DNA of 64,000 nucleotides from positions 1,701 to 65,700 of the forward strand of contig DATJEO010000212.1 in NCBI GenBank assembly GCA_035496515.1. The letters are read 5' to 3'. Source of the DNA: Terracidiphilus sp. (GTDB taxonomy: Bacteria > Acidobacteriota > Terriglobia > Terriglobales > Acidobacteriaceae). This document shows positions 48,139 through 57,358 of the stretch, in pieces (position 1 is the stretch's first letter; every line of letters begins with the position of its first letter). A model generated the notes under the pieces. That model saw only the letters and a list, made by a program, of their open reading frames with translations. It was not told the DNA's origin and ran no database searches. The translations under genes and the position numbers were made by a program.

Positions 48139-48924
48139 TCACATGTAAATGCCGCCGTTCACATTGATCTGCTGCCCGGTGATATAGTCGCCATTGCAAA
48201 TCAGGAAAGCTGCCGCCTTTGCGATCTCTTCCGGCCTGGCAAGCCTCTTCAGAGGGATTCTTGCTTTGATCTGCTCGAGGATCTCAGGAGGAATGGCGCC
48301 GACCATCTCTGTTTCGGTAAACCCCGGAGCTATGACATTGGCCGTGATATTGTACTTGGCCAGTTCCAGCGCCAGGACCTTGGTCATGGCGATGATGCCG
48401 CCTTTGCTTGCGGCATAGTTTGCCTGGCCGAAGTTCCCCGCCTGTCCTACGAATGAAGCGATGTTCACGATTCTGCCGTACCTCTGCTCGATCATTGCCG
48501 GAAGAGCGGCATTTGTGCAGTAGAAGACACTGTTGAGGTTGGTGTTGATCACCTCCAACCATTCTTCGTCGCTCATTTTGGCAATCGAATGATCGCGCGT
48601 AATGCCTGCGTTGTTTACCAGGATATCGAGCCGATGAAAACATTCCTGCACAACGGTGATGAGTTTCCGGGCCTGCTGACGGTCGGATACGTCTTCCTGG
48701 AAAACTTCACAGTCGCACCCCAACTGATGCACCTCATCCCTGAGGGTCTCAGCTGCGCTCCTCCTCGCCTTGAAGTTGATCGCTACCGAGGCGCCGAGGT
48801 GTGCCAGTTCCAGCGCAATCGCCCGGCCTATTCCTCGGGATGCACCTGTAATTAGAGCAATTTTGCCCTCGAGAGGACGTTCGATTGAGATACCCCTCTC
48901 TGGATGAACTGCAATGGTAGTCAT
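48139..48924 (-). CDS. phaB: Acetoacetyl-CoA reductase
   Basis: TGASRGIG, NNAGITRD, GQAGNFGQANYAASKGG, IAPGFTETEMV, YITGQQINVNGGIYM; follows the thiolase. Confidence 0.88.
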   Translation of the reverse strand: MTTIAVHPERGISIERPLEGKIALITGASRGIGRAIALELAHLGASVAINFKARRSAAETLRDEVHQLGCDCEVFQEDVSDRQQARKLITVVQECFHRLDILVNNAGITRDHSIAKMSDEEWLEVINTNLNSVFYCTNAALPAMIEQRYGRIVNIASFVGQAGNFGQANYAASKGGIIAMTKVLALELAKYNITANVIAPGFTETEMVGAIPPEILEQIKARIPLKRLARPEEIAKAAAFLICNGDYITGQQINVNGGIYM

Positions 48925-48938
48925 GTTGAACTCCCTTT

Positions 48939-50123
48939 CTACTTCAGCGATTCGAAGATTGCAGCGATACCCTGTCCGCCCCCAATGCACATGCTCACCA
49001 GCGCGTAGCGGCCGCCAATCCGACGCAGCTCGTGTATTGCCTTCACCGTCAGGATGGCACCGGTTGCTCCGATGGGATGGCCAAGAGAAATGCCGCTGCC
49101 ATTCGGGTTGGTTCTATCCAATGGCAGATCGAGTTCTCGCTGGACAGCAAGGAATTGGGAAGCGAAGGCCTCGTTCAGTTCAATCACGTCCATGTCTTTT
49201 GTGGTCAGCCCAGTGCGCTTGTAAACTTTCTCGACTGCTGGTATCGGACCCATGCCCATAACGCGAGGTTCGACGCCCGCAACCGCATAGCCGACCAGGC
49301 GTGCAATAGGCCGGAGCTCCGCACTCGCAAATTCCTCTTCTGCCAGCACCACGGCCGCGGCACCATCGTTGATGCTCGAGGCATTCCCTGGTGTAACTGT
49401 GCCTTCCGGATCGAATGCCGGTCTGAGTTTCGCAAGAGATTCGATCGTTGCATCGGCACGCGGAGACTCGTCAGTGACAAACTGAACAGTACCGGTTTTG
49501 CTTTTGAGTTCAACAGGTATGACTTGATCTCGGAAGCGGTTTTCCTGAATGGCGGCAAGAGCTCGGCGATGACTTTCCACTGCCCATTGATCCTGATCTT
49601 CACGCGAAATCTTCCACTCGCGTGCGATGTTCTCGGCAGTAGCGCCCATGTGGGTTTTCGAAAATGGGTCGGTAATGGCGGAAACGAGCGTGTCGATGGC
49701 GTTCACGTCATTAAGACGAGATCCCCAGCGGAGTGACTGCAGCCAATATGGAGCGCGGCTCATGGATTCGACACCGCCCGCTACAGCGGCATCGCAATCT
49801 CCGCTATATATCGATTCGGCTGCGGTAAGAATCGCCTGAAGACCGCTGCCGCAGAGCTTGTTGATCGTGAGAGCAGGTGTTTTAACAGGAAGTCCACCCT
49901 TCACGGCAGCTACTCGCGACAAGTACATGTCAGCCGGCTCGGTGTGAATGACGCTGCCAAAAACGACATTTCCGATCATCTCGGAAGATATTTTGGACCG
50001 CTGTAAAGACTGGCAAACTGATTTAGCCGCCAATTCGGTGGGGGGAATATCTTTTAGCGCACCTCCAAATTTCCCGATGGCTGTGCGGACAGCACTTAGT
50101 ACAACAACTTGCCGAGCACTCAT
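48939..50123 (-). CDS. phaA: Beta-ketothiolase (PhaA/BktB-like)
   Basis: [54 protein letters not shown]. Confidence 0.93.
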   Translation of the reverse strand: MSARQVVVLSAVRTAIGKFGGALKDIPPTELAAKSVCQSLQRSKISSEMIGNVVFGSVIHTEPADMYLSRVAAVKGGLPVKTPALTINKLCGSGLQAILTAAESIYSGDCDAAVAGGVESMSRAPYWLQSLRWGSRLNDVNAIDTLVSAITDPFSKTHMGATAENIAREWKISREDQDQWAVESHRRALAAIQENRFRDQVIPVELKSKTGTVQFVTDESPRADATIESLAKLRPAFDPEGTVTPGNASSINDGAAAVVLAEEEFASAELRPIARLVGYAVAGVEPRVMGMGPIPAVEKVYKRTGLTTKDMDVIELNEAFASQFLAVQRELDLPLDRTNPNGSGISLGHPIGATGAILTVKAIHELRRIGGRYALVSMCIGGGQGIAAIFESLK

Positions 50124-50533
50124 AAAGACTCCATTGTTCAGAGCTACGTGATTCGCAAATGAAATGCGAAGGCACCACGATGACGCTCTTAAACGCCGTT
50201 ACGTTGAATTTGTCGGATAGGCCCCTCGAGAGACCTGTTGATCACCTTTAGGCATGTACTCAGGCGAAGCGGAGATCGCAGGATCTGCAACCTGAGTTCA
50301 GACAGTATGGCCATACTGCATTTCTTCTGAGGCCCTGTTTGCCGCCGATGGGTTATTCACAATCCGGCTCGTCTGCGGCGTTCGCCGCCATCGCGCGCTC
50401 GGACCGCGCCCTGGGTGGATTGAGCCATTTTGCAGCCGATGTTGATTCTGTCAAGCAGGTAATATTACTAGGGTGCTGAGGAAATGTGATGTGGAACACC
50501 TAATCAGCATCTTAGTCGCTCTATAGCTCGGGA

Positions 50534-52144
50534 TTAGTGCGAGATCAGCCCCGAGTTGCGAAGAATCCGGCGTACTTTCTTAGGCGAGATTGAGAGAGTT
50601 GTGGCCACGCGCGATATCCTCCGATCCGATCGCAGCCACACCTTTGGAATTACGATTTCCGCAAACTCTTCTGTGATCTGCTGGAATGTCTTGTCGCCCA
50701 CAATGCCTTCGGACCAGCATCGAAGCGTGTCGTTAATCCCCGATGCTTTGACGATTCGCGACTTGAGCACGGCCAGATCTTCCAGGATGTGATCACTTTC
50801 TCCGGGTCCGATCAGAGCAGTTGCTTCAGACGCGAATCTGCGGGCACTTTCCCAGTCCTCGAAGAAATCATTCGCCGCGGTCATGCCGCGAGCAATTGCG
50901 GCGCCGGCGAGTAGCCGTTGATTCTGAGTCTCGTGAGCAAGGCTCAATGCCTCTTCGCTGTACTGACGTGCTCGATTCGCATGAACGGCAACGTCAGTGT
51001 CTTCTCCCGTCTGCTCCTCTACATGAGCGTTTTCGATGGCGGCCGCCAGTATTCGGGCTCGCGCCATCAGAATATGATCGTTCTGCCTGCGACCGATCTG
51101 GTATGCCTGACAGGCCTCGTCCTCCGCGCTCTCGATGTCGCCGCGATCCAGGTGAACATAGCCAAGATTTGAGAGCACCTTACCTATGCCGTCGAAATCA
51201 TCATGCAGAACATAGATCGCATGAGCCCGGGTTAAGGCATCCACGGCGCTTCGCCATGTTGTTTGATATTTGGTGAGGACTGTTTCGCGCGGCTCGGCCG
51301 ATGGGCGTGCTCGATTCGATCGAGATGCACTTTGGACCCTATCGATCCGCTTCCTCAACTGCAATGCCAGCAGGCGCTGAGCATAGCCGATGTTCACGAG
51401 AGTACGAGCAACATTCACATGATTGGGATCGCGGCGAGAGTAGATTTCGAGAGCACGCTCATAGTGTTCCAGAGCCTTTGAGTATTCGCCGGACCGCCGC
51501 ACGATTCGGCCCCGGGCAGACTCTATGTTTCCTAAGGCAACATAGTGGTCCGTCAACTTCAGCACGGATTCAGCACGGTCTAGGAGTTGAAGAGCCTCTT
51601 TAGACAGCCCTTTCTGGAACTGCAGCCAGCTCTCCTGTATCTGTACTACGGCCGCGAAGAATCCATCGTGGTTCGCCTCGGCAATTTCACGGGCCCTGAC
51701 GATATGCTTCAGGGCGGTCCCGTACTCCCCCTTTTTCCGGTGAGCGCGCCCTTTCCAGAAGTGAGCTACCGCTTCCTGCGATGTGCCCGGAAGCTCGCTA
51801 TAGGCGGTGAGCACCAGCTCGAGCTTGCTAATTGCGGCGTGGGGGCGATTCGCCGCAAGATCACGGAACGACTCTGCCATGCGAACTGACAGGTAATCCT
51901 CAATCGGGAGAATACGACGGCCGGATGCCGGAAATTTTTCCAGCATTGAATCGAGAATGCGGTAATCGCGATACCCTGCGTCAACCCATTGAGCAAACAG
52001 AAGCAGCAGCGCCGGACCGCCTGGAGTGTTCAGATCGACTTTGCCGATGTCGCTGTCAACCAGGGCAAGGATCTGAAAGCCTTTCTCAAGATTGCGTTGA
52101 GCTAGAGCCGCCGCCAATCCCTCTGCAAGCTGTGGATCAACCAT
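50534..52144 (-). CDS. TPR-repeat protein with C-terminal Fis-like HTH (putative regulator)
   Basis: TPR-like units ([24 protein letters not shown]...[28 protein letters not shown]); C-terminus [13 protein letters not shown]...[19 protein letters not shown]; AAGGAG RBS. Confidence 0.72.
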   Translation of the reverse strand: MVDPQLAEGLAAALAQRNLEKGFQILALVDSDIGKVDLNTPGGPALLLLFAQWVDAGYRDYRILDSMLEKFPASGRRILPIEDYLSVRMAESFRDLAANRPHAAISKLELVLTAYSELPGTSQEAVAHFWKGRAHRKKGEYGTALKHIVRAREIAEANHDGFFAAVVQIQESWLQFQKGLSKEALQLLDRAESVLKLTDHYVALGNIESARGRIVRRSGEYSKALEHYERALEIYSRRDPNHVNVARTLVNIGYAQRLLALQLRKRIDRVQSASRSNRARPSAEPRETVLTKYQTTWRSAVDALTRAHAIYVLHDDFDGIGKVLSNLGYVHLDRGDIESAEDEACQAYQIGRRQNDHILMARARILAAAIENAHVEEQTGEDTDVAVHANRARQYSEEALSLAHETQNQRLLAGAAIARGMTAANDFFEDWESARRFASEATALIGPGESDHILEDLAVLKSRIVKASGINDTLRCWSEGIVGDKTFQQITEEFAEIVIPKVWLRSDRRISRVATTLSISPKKVRRILRNSGLISH

Positions 52145-52347
52145 TAAGATTCTCCTTCACCAAGCGACCCGAATCGGTCCAGAAGGGGTCTGGCAGGTGC
52201 ACCAGAGGCTGGAACGGGCAGGAGTCCAGCTGTGGATGCATCGGGATGCGGAGAGATTATGGCGCGAAACGGCCTTCTCGTCCACTCGTCCGAATTGGAT
52301 TTGTGCGTTTGCCGGTAGGGCGAATTCTGTACTCCAATCCAATTAAC

Positions 52348-52360
52348 GCTGCAGTGCAGC
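52348..52360. promoter_or_regulatory. Putative PhaR-type operator upstream of aceA
   Basis: GCTGCA-G-TGCAGC, about 30 nt before the aceA ATG. Confidence 0.6.
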
Positions 52361-52389
52361 AGAACACCAATGAGGAGAGCATTTTGAGC

Positions 52390-53697
52390 ATGGCTAAGCC
52401 GATAAAGAACGGACCCGTTGCGGAGAGATGGAGCAGGATCGCGAGGACTTACACAACAGAAGACGTAAGCCGATTGCGCGGCACAGTTCAGATCGAGTAC
52501 TCGCTGGCTCGGGCGGGAGCCGAGAAACTCTGGAACCTTCTCCACCGCGATGACTACGTTCCCGCTCTTGGTGCGCTTACGGGAAACCAGGCGGTGGAAA
52601 TGGCAGCAGCAGGATTGAAGGCCATTTACCTCAGCGGCTGGCAGGTTGCGGCAGACTCCAATCTGGCTGGTCAGATGTATCCGGATCAGAGCCTTTACCC
52701 GGTTAACAGCGTTCCGGCGCTTGTTCGCGGCATCAACAATGCTCTGATCCGCGCCGATCAGATTGCCCACTCGGAAGGCCGTCCGGCTTTCGACTGGATG
52801 CTGCCGATCGTCGCCGACGCTGAAGCGGGGTTCGGTGGGGTTCTGAACGCATACGAATTGACGAAGAGCATGATTGAAGCAGGTGCTGCTGCAGTGCACT
52901 TCGAAGACCAGCTCTCTTCGGCCAAGAAGTGCGGCCATATGGGCGGCAAGGTTCTTGTGCCCGTGCAGGAAGCGATTCAGAAACTGACGGCCGCCCGCCT
53001 CGCCGCTGATGTACTCGGCGTGCCTACGATCCTAGTAGCTCGTACCGATGCCGATGCTGCGCAGCTGATCACGAGTGATTGCGATGCGGTAGACCGTCCT
53101 TTCCTTACGGGAAGGCGAACCGTGGAGGGATTCTTCTCGTTTCGCGGAGGACTGGATGCGGCCATTGCCCGGGGGTTGGCATACGCTCCGTTTGCCGACA
53201 TCATCTGGTGCGAAACTTCCGAGCCGAATCTCCCCGACGCTCAGCGATTTGCCAAGGCGATCCATTCTGAGTTCCCGGGCAAACTGCTGGCATACAACTG
53301 CTCGCCTTCCTTCAATTGGAAGAGCAAGCTCAGCCTCAATGAACTAGCCACTTTTCAGCAAAGGCTCGGCGAAATGGGCTATCGCTTTCAATTCGTAACC
53401 CTGGCAGGCTTCCACGCGCTGAACCTGTCCATGTTTGAGCTCGCACACGAATACAGCCGCACCGGCATGCTCGCCTATTCGCAACTGCAGCAGCGCGAAT
53501 TCTCGGTGGCAGAGAAGTACGGTTATGGAGCTGTGAAGCACCAGCGCTTCGTTGGAACGGGGTATTTCGATCAGATCGCTACTGTCATTTCAAGCGGCAA
53601 CACCTCGACGCGTGCCCTGCCTGGATCCACAGAAGAAGAGCAGTTCGAGGATCCCTACGACCACGAGGTACCTGACCAGCAACGCGCAACCGCTTAG
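52390..53697 (+). CDS. aceA: Isocitrate lyase
   Basis: [59 protein letters not shown]; ATG 52390 after GAGGAG. Confidence 0.97.
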   Translation: MAKPIKNGPVAERWSRIARTYTTEDVSRLRGTVQIEYSLARAGAEKLWNLLHRDDYVPALGALTGNQAVEMAAAGLKAIYLSGWQVAADSNLAGQMYPDQSLYPVNSVPALVRGINNALIRADQIAHSEGRPAFDWMLPIVADAEAGFGGVLNAYELTKSMIEAGAAAVHFEDQLSSAKKCGHMGGKVLVPVQEAIQKLTAARLAADVLGVPTILVARTDADAAQLITSDCDAVDRPFLTGRRTVEGFFSFRGGLDAAIARGLAYAPFADIIWCETSEPNLPDAQRFAKAIHSEFPGKLLAYNCSPSFNWKSKLSLNELATFQQRLGEMGYRFQFVTLAGFHALNLSMFELAHEYSRTGMLAYSQLQQREFSVAEKYGYGAVKHQRFVGTGYFDQIATVISSGNTSTRALPGSTEEEQFEDPYDHEVPDQQRATA

Positions 53698-53736
53698 CTT
53701 TTCAACCCAGCGCAAATCTTTCGAAGAGGAAACTGA

Positions 53737-55326
53737 ATGACGACGAGCACTTCAATTCCGGAGCTGATGATCCCTGAGTTCGGGTCATCGCGACAACTTC
53801 TCACGCCTGAAGCCGTACAGTTTCTCAAGGCACTGCACGCACATTTCAACAGCAGGCGTGTAGCTCTTCTTGAGGCGCGGCGACAGCGCCAGGATGGCTA
53901 TGATCGCGGCGCCCTGCCCCACTTTCTTGAGGAAACCAAACACATCCGCAACAGCGATTGGCGAGTGGCGGCTCCGCCCCAAGAACTCCTCGATCGCCGC
54001 GTCGAGATCACGGGACCGCCAGAACGCAAGATGATCATTAACGCTCTGAACTCAGGGGCTCGCGTCTTCATGGCCGACTTTGAAGATTCGAACTCACCCA
54101 CATGGAAGAATTGCATGTGCGGACAAAGGAACTTGATCGACGCCAATCTACGGACGATCACGTTCTCTTCCGGCGATGGTCGTCAGTATGAATTGAAGCC
54201 CGATCCGGCCGTTCTCTTCGTACGGCCTCGCGGCTGGCACCTGCTTGAAAAGCACTTCTGGGGGAATGGCTCTCCGATTTCAGCTTCACTGTTCGACTTC
54301 GGACTCTATCTGTTCCACAATTGCAGGATCCTGCTCGATCGCGGTTCGGCCCCATACTTTTATCTTCCGAAACTGGAGAGCCACCTTGAAGCCCGGCTGT
54401 GGAACGACGTGTTCGTCTTTTCGCAGCGCTACCTCGGAGTACCCGTCGGAACCATACGGGCGACGGTGCTGATTGAGACCATCTCCGCCGCTTTTGAGAT
54501 GGATGAGATTCTTTACGAGTTGCGCGATCATTCCGCGGGGCTCAATTGCGGCCGCTGGGATTACATATTCAGCTTCATCAAGAAGTTCAGGAACAGGCCT
54601 GACTGCGTATTGCCGCAGCGCGGCGACATCACGATGGAACAGCCCTTCCTTCGTTCTTACGTTGATCTGCTCATCCATACCTGCCACAAACGCGGCATTC
54701 ACGCTATGGGAGGAATGGCCGCGCAGATCCCAATTCGCGATGATCCAAAAGCCAATGAGGAGGCGATGCAGCGGGTCAGAGAAGACAAGCTGCGCGAGGC
54801 ACGCGCCGGGCACGACGGCACATGGGTTGCGCATCCGGGCCTGGTCCCAATCGCAATGTCAGTTTTCGATGAGCACATGCCTGCGGAGAATCAGATCAGA
54901 ACGCCCGCTGAATCTCACCTGCCCGTTAACGCGGATAATCTGCTCGAGGTCCCGTCGGGCCGCCTCACGGAAGCGGGTTTGAAGCGCAACATCGACGTAG
55001 GACTTCGCTATATCGAATCATGGCTTCGCGGTAATGGTTGCGTTCCGATCTACAACCTGATGGAGGACGCCGCGACCGCTGAGATATGCCGCGCACAATT
55101 GTGGCAATGGGTGCGCTATGGCGCCCAGCTGGAAGACGGACGCTCGATTTCGCGAGAACTGCACGATGAGATGCTCGGCGAGATTGTTGATGGCCTGCGA
55201 TCGTCCATGGGCAATGAGGCCTACTCAACCACGAAATTTGATCGAGCAAGTGAGTTCATGAGGAAGCTGACCCAGGGAGAATTCGAGGAGTTTCTGACGA
55301 CAGCGGCTTATGGCGAGTTAACTTAA
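53737..55326 (+). CDS. aceB: Malate synthase A
   Basis: DRRVEITGP, MADFEDS, VRPRGWHL, YFYLPKLE, GLNCGRWDYIFS, GGMAAQIP, GHDGTWVAHP, LMEDAATAEI. Confidence 0.97.
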   Translation: MTTSTSIPELMIPEFGSSRQLLTPEAVQFLKALHAHFNSRRVALLEARRQRQDGYDRGALPHFLEETKHIRNSDWRVAAPPQELLDRRVEITGPPERKMIINALNSGARVFMADFEDSNSPTWKNCMCGQRNLIDANLRTITFSSGDGRQYELKPDPAVLFVRPRGWHLLEKHFWGNGSPISASLFDFGLYLFHNCRILLDRGSAPYFYLPKLESHLEARLWNDVFVFSQRYLGVPVGTIRATVLIETISAAFEMDEILYELRDHSAGLNCGRWDYIFSFIKKFRNRPDCVLPQRGDITMEQPFLRSYVDLLIHTCHKRGIHAMGGMAAQIPIRDDPKANEEAMQRVREDKLREARAGHDGTWVAHPGLVPIAMSVFDEHMPAENQIRTPAESHLPVNADNLLEVPSGRLTEAGLKRNIDVGLRYIESWLRGNGCVPIYNLMEDAATAEICRAQLWQWVRYGAQLEDGRSISRELHDEMLGEIVDGLRSSMGNEAYSTTKFDRASEFMRKLTQGEFEEFLTTAAYGELT

Positions 55327-55344
55327 TCCATACGAGAAAAGAGC

Positions 55345-55380
55345 CCGGTCCTGCTCCGCGCGGGACCGGTTTTTTTGTTT
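55345..55380 (+). terminator. Rho-independent terminator of aceAB
   Basis: CCGGTCCTGC-loop-GCGGGACCGG followed by TTTTTTTGTTT. Confidence 0.85.
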
Positions 55381-55462
55381 GTCCGGCTTGCGGACGACGG
55401 AGAGTTACCATCCGATCAAAGGCAACTCGCAAACGTGCAAATCTCATCCTTCTCGGGTGTAT

Positions 55463-55495
55463 ACTGCAATGCAGCAAATCCCGCTGCACTGCAAT
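55463..55495. promoter_or_regulatory. Tandem putative PhaR-type operators upstream of the SDR
   Basis: ACTGCA-A-TGCAGC (55463-55475) and GCTGCA-C-TGCAAT (55483-55495). Confidence 0.55.
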
Positions 55496-55523
55496 ACAAC
55501 GTCCACTCAACAGGAACCTTTGA

Positions 55524-56390
55524 ATGCAAACAACTGCAATTACGGAACGGAAAGCTATCGAATCGCCCTTCACCCTTGAAGGCAAAACGGCCATTGTGAC
55601 CGGCTCCGGACGCGGCATAGGCCGTGCAATCGCCAAGCGGCTCGTCGCGGCCGGCGCTTGTGTAATGCTCAACGACCTCGACGAGAAGATGTTGCACGAA
55701 TCGAAGGAATCGCTTCCCGATCCCGAGCGGGTTGACGTGATCGCGGGTGATCTTACAGATCCTTCGGTTCCCGGCAGGATCGTCGAGGCCACCCTGGACA
55801 CTTTCAAGGCGGTGGACATCATCGTCAACAATGCGGGCTATAGCTGGGACAATGTCATTCAAAAGACTACTGACGAGCAGTTCCAGGCGATGCTTGATAT
55901 TCACCTCGTCACGCCATTTCGGCTGCTACGAGCGGCCTCCACGTACCTCAGAGAAACAGCAAAGCATGAGATTGCCAGCGGGCAGTGCGTCATGCGCAAG
56001 GTCGTCAACATCACTTCTATTTCGGGAACCGACGGCAATCCCGGACAGATCGGCTACTCTGCAGGAAAGGCCGGCGTCATTGGCCTGACCAGAACGCTTG
56101 CCAAAGAGTGGGGCAGGTTTAACGTAAACGTGAATGCGGTTGGGTTTGGGCTTATCGAGACCCGGCTTGTCCAGCCGCTGGATGCGGAAGGCGCATCGAT
56201 GGAGATGCATGGGCATCAGATCCGCCTCGGAGTGCAGAAGAGCCTGCTCGAATCCGTTAAAAGCGCGTGCCCGCTGGGTCGCCTGGGAACGCCGGACGAT
56301 GCTGCGAAGACGGTGCTTTTCTTCTGTTCACCGCTCTCAGACTACGTGACCGGCGAGGTGCTGATCTGCAGCGGCGGGCTCCACTTTTGA
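55524..56390 (+). CDS. SDR, 3-oxoacyl-CoA/ACP reductase-like
   Basis: TGSGRGIG, VNNAGYSWD, GNPGQIGYSAGKAG, LAKEWG, PLGRLGTP. Confidence 0.9.
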   Translation: MQTTAITERKAIESPFTLEGKTAIVTGSGRGIGRAIAKRLVAAGACVMLNDLDEKMLHESKESLPDPERVDVIAGDLTDPSVPGRIVEATLDTFKAVDIIVNNAGYSWDNVIQKTTDEQFQAMLDIHLVTPFRLLRAASTYLRETAKHEIASGQCVMRKVVNITSISGTDGNPGQIGYSAGKAGVIGLTRTLAKEWGRFNVNVNAVGFGLIETRLVQPLDAEGASMEMHGHQIRLGVQKSLLESVKSACPLGRLGTPDDAAKTVLFFCSPLSDYVTGEVLICSGGLHF

Positions 56391-56594
56391 GACAGCTTTC
56401 TTGAAACCATCAACCGCCTCAGCGAAGGGGGCCGTATCCGCCGGCGCAACCGCGTTTTCAGATTCGTTCAGCAGCTCACATAGTCGGGCCCAATGATCGA
56501 AGCTGAATTCTTCACCGCAATCAAGAGACTTTGTGGGTGTTTCATAGCGCGAATTGTTCGGGGCATTCCGATTCGATGTCATGACAATTGGCAT
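56337..56594 (-). CDS. Small hypothetical protein A (GEEFS-H-CEL motif)
   Basis: GGAGGAGG RBS; shares a 19-aa motif with 56918-57127; tail overlaps the SDR 3' end by 54 nt. Confidence 0.7.
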   Translation of the reverse strand: MPIVMTSNRNAPNNSRYETPTKSLDCGEEFSFDHWARLCELLNESENAVAPADTAPFAEAVDGFKKAVSKVEPAAADQHLAGHVV

Positions 56595-56917
56595 CGTTCC
56601 TCCTCCGATATTGGAGACGACTTCTGTGCGTCCGTGCGGCTGAGCTTAGCATAGTGTCCGATCACAAGATCTGAACCGCTCTGGAGTTGGGCTGCGGCGG
56701 ACGCCAGTCCGATTCTCCCTCACCTGCGCGCTGCCCATGCCGAATGGAGATGCTGATGCACGCGCTCGCGCTTGATCGTCGCTAATTGGCGTAGCTTTCC
56801 TAGGGTATTTCCTAGTTACGGACGTACAGAACGCGAGCCTAAGATCAAGGGCCTGATCCAGAAATTCAGGTTTTCGGCCGATCCGGAACAGATATCAAGA
56901 CTCGTTCGGAGGTGCCT

Positions 56918-57127
56918 ATGTCATCCGTTCTTCTCGATCCCATAACTCAGGAAAAGAAAGATGTGAGCGAGTGCTCCCCCACGAGTGCCCAGCCGCATCC
57001 CGCTTCCTATGACTCAGGCGAGGAGTTCAGCCTGGCTCATTTTGTACATGACTGCGAACTCATTGAACAGGAAGACCAGACTTCCGACAGATCGGTACTT
57101 GAGGACGAGTACCTACCCGTCGCGTGA
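56918..57127 (+). CDS. Small acidic hypothetical protein B (GEEFS-H-CEL motif)
   Basis: GGAGG RBS 5 nt before ATG 56918; shares the motif with 56337-56594. Confidence 0.72.
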   Translation: MSSVLLDPITQEKKDVSECSPTSAQPHPASYDSGEEFSLAHFVHDCELIEQEDQTSDRSVLEDEYLPVA

Positions 57128-57294
57128 CGTTTTTGGCAAATTCGCCTTCGCTCTTCCTGGCATTCTGACGCGCGAACGCGTCTTTGCACGGAGGTGTGGC
57201 CTGTCGAATTTTGCGACCAGGATTCTCCTGCGCTGAACAAGGAGCGGCGATCCACAGTTGGCCTGCAAAGCAGGCTGACTCGTCTGCGAAGGCG

Positions 57295-57324
57295 ACGGCC
57301 GGATCACAAGATCGATCCGGCCGT
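57295..57324. terminator. Hairpin between convergent genes (possible bidirectional terminator)
   Basis: Perfect 11-bp stem ACGGCCGGATC / GATCCGGCCGT with 8-nt loop; weak U-tract. Confidence 0.5.
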
Positions 57325-57358
57325 TTCGTGAGAGTGTTTGAACGTCTGCCCCGCTCGT

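Noticed and set aside
51832-52389. 186-aa N-terminal extension of AceA in the ORF track
   Set aside because: Overlaps the opposite-strand TPR gene and the spacer; isocitrate lyase similarity and an RBS start at 52390.
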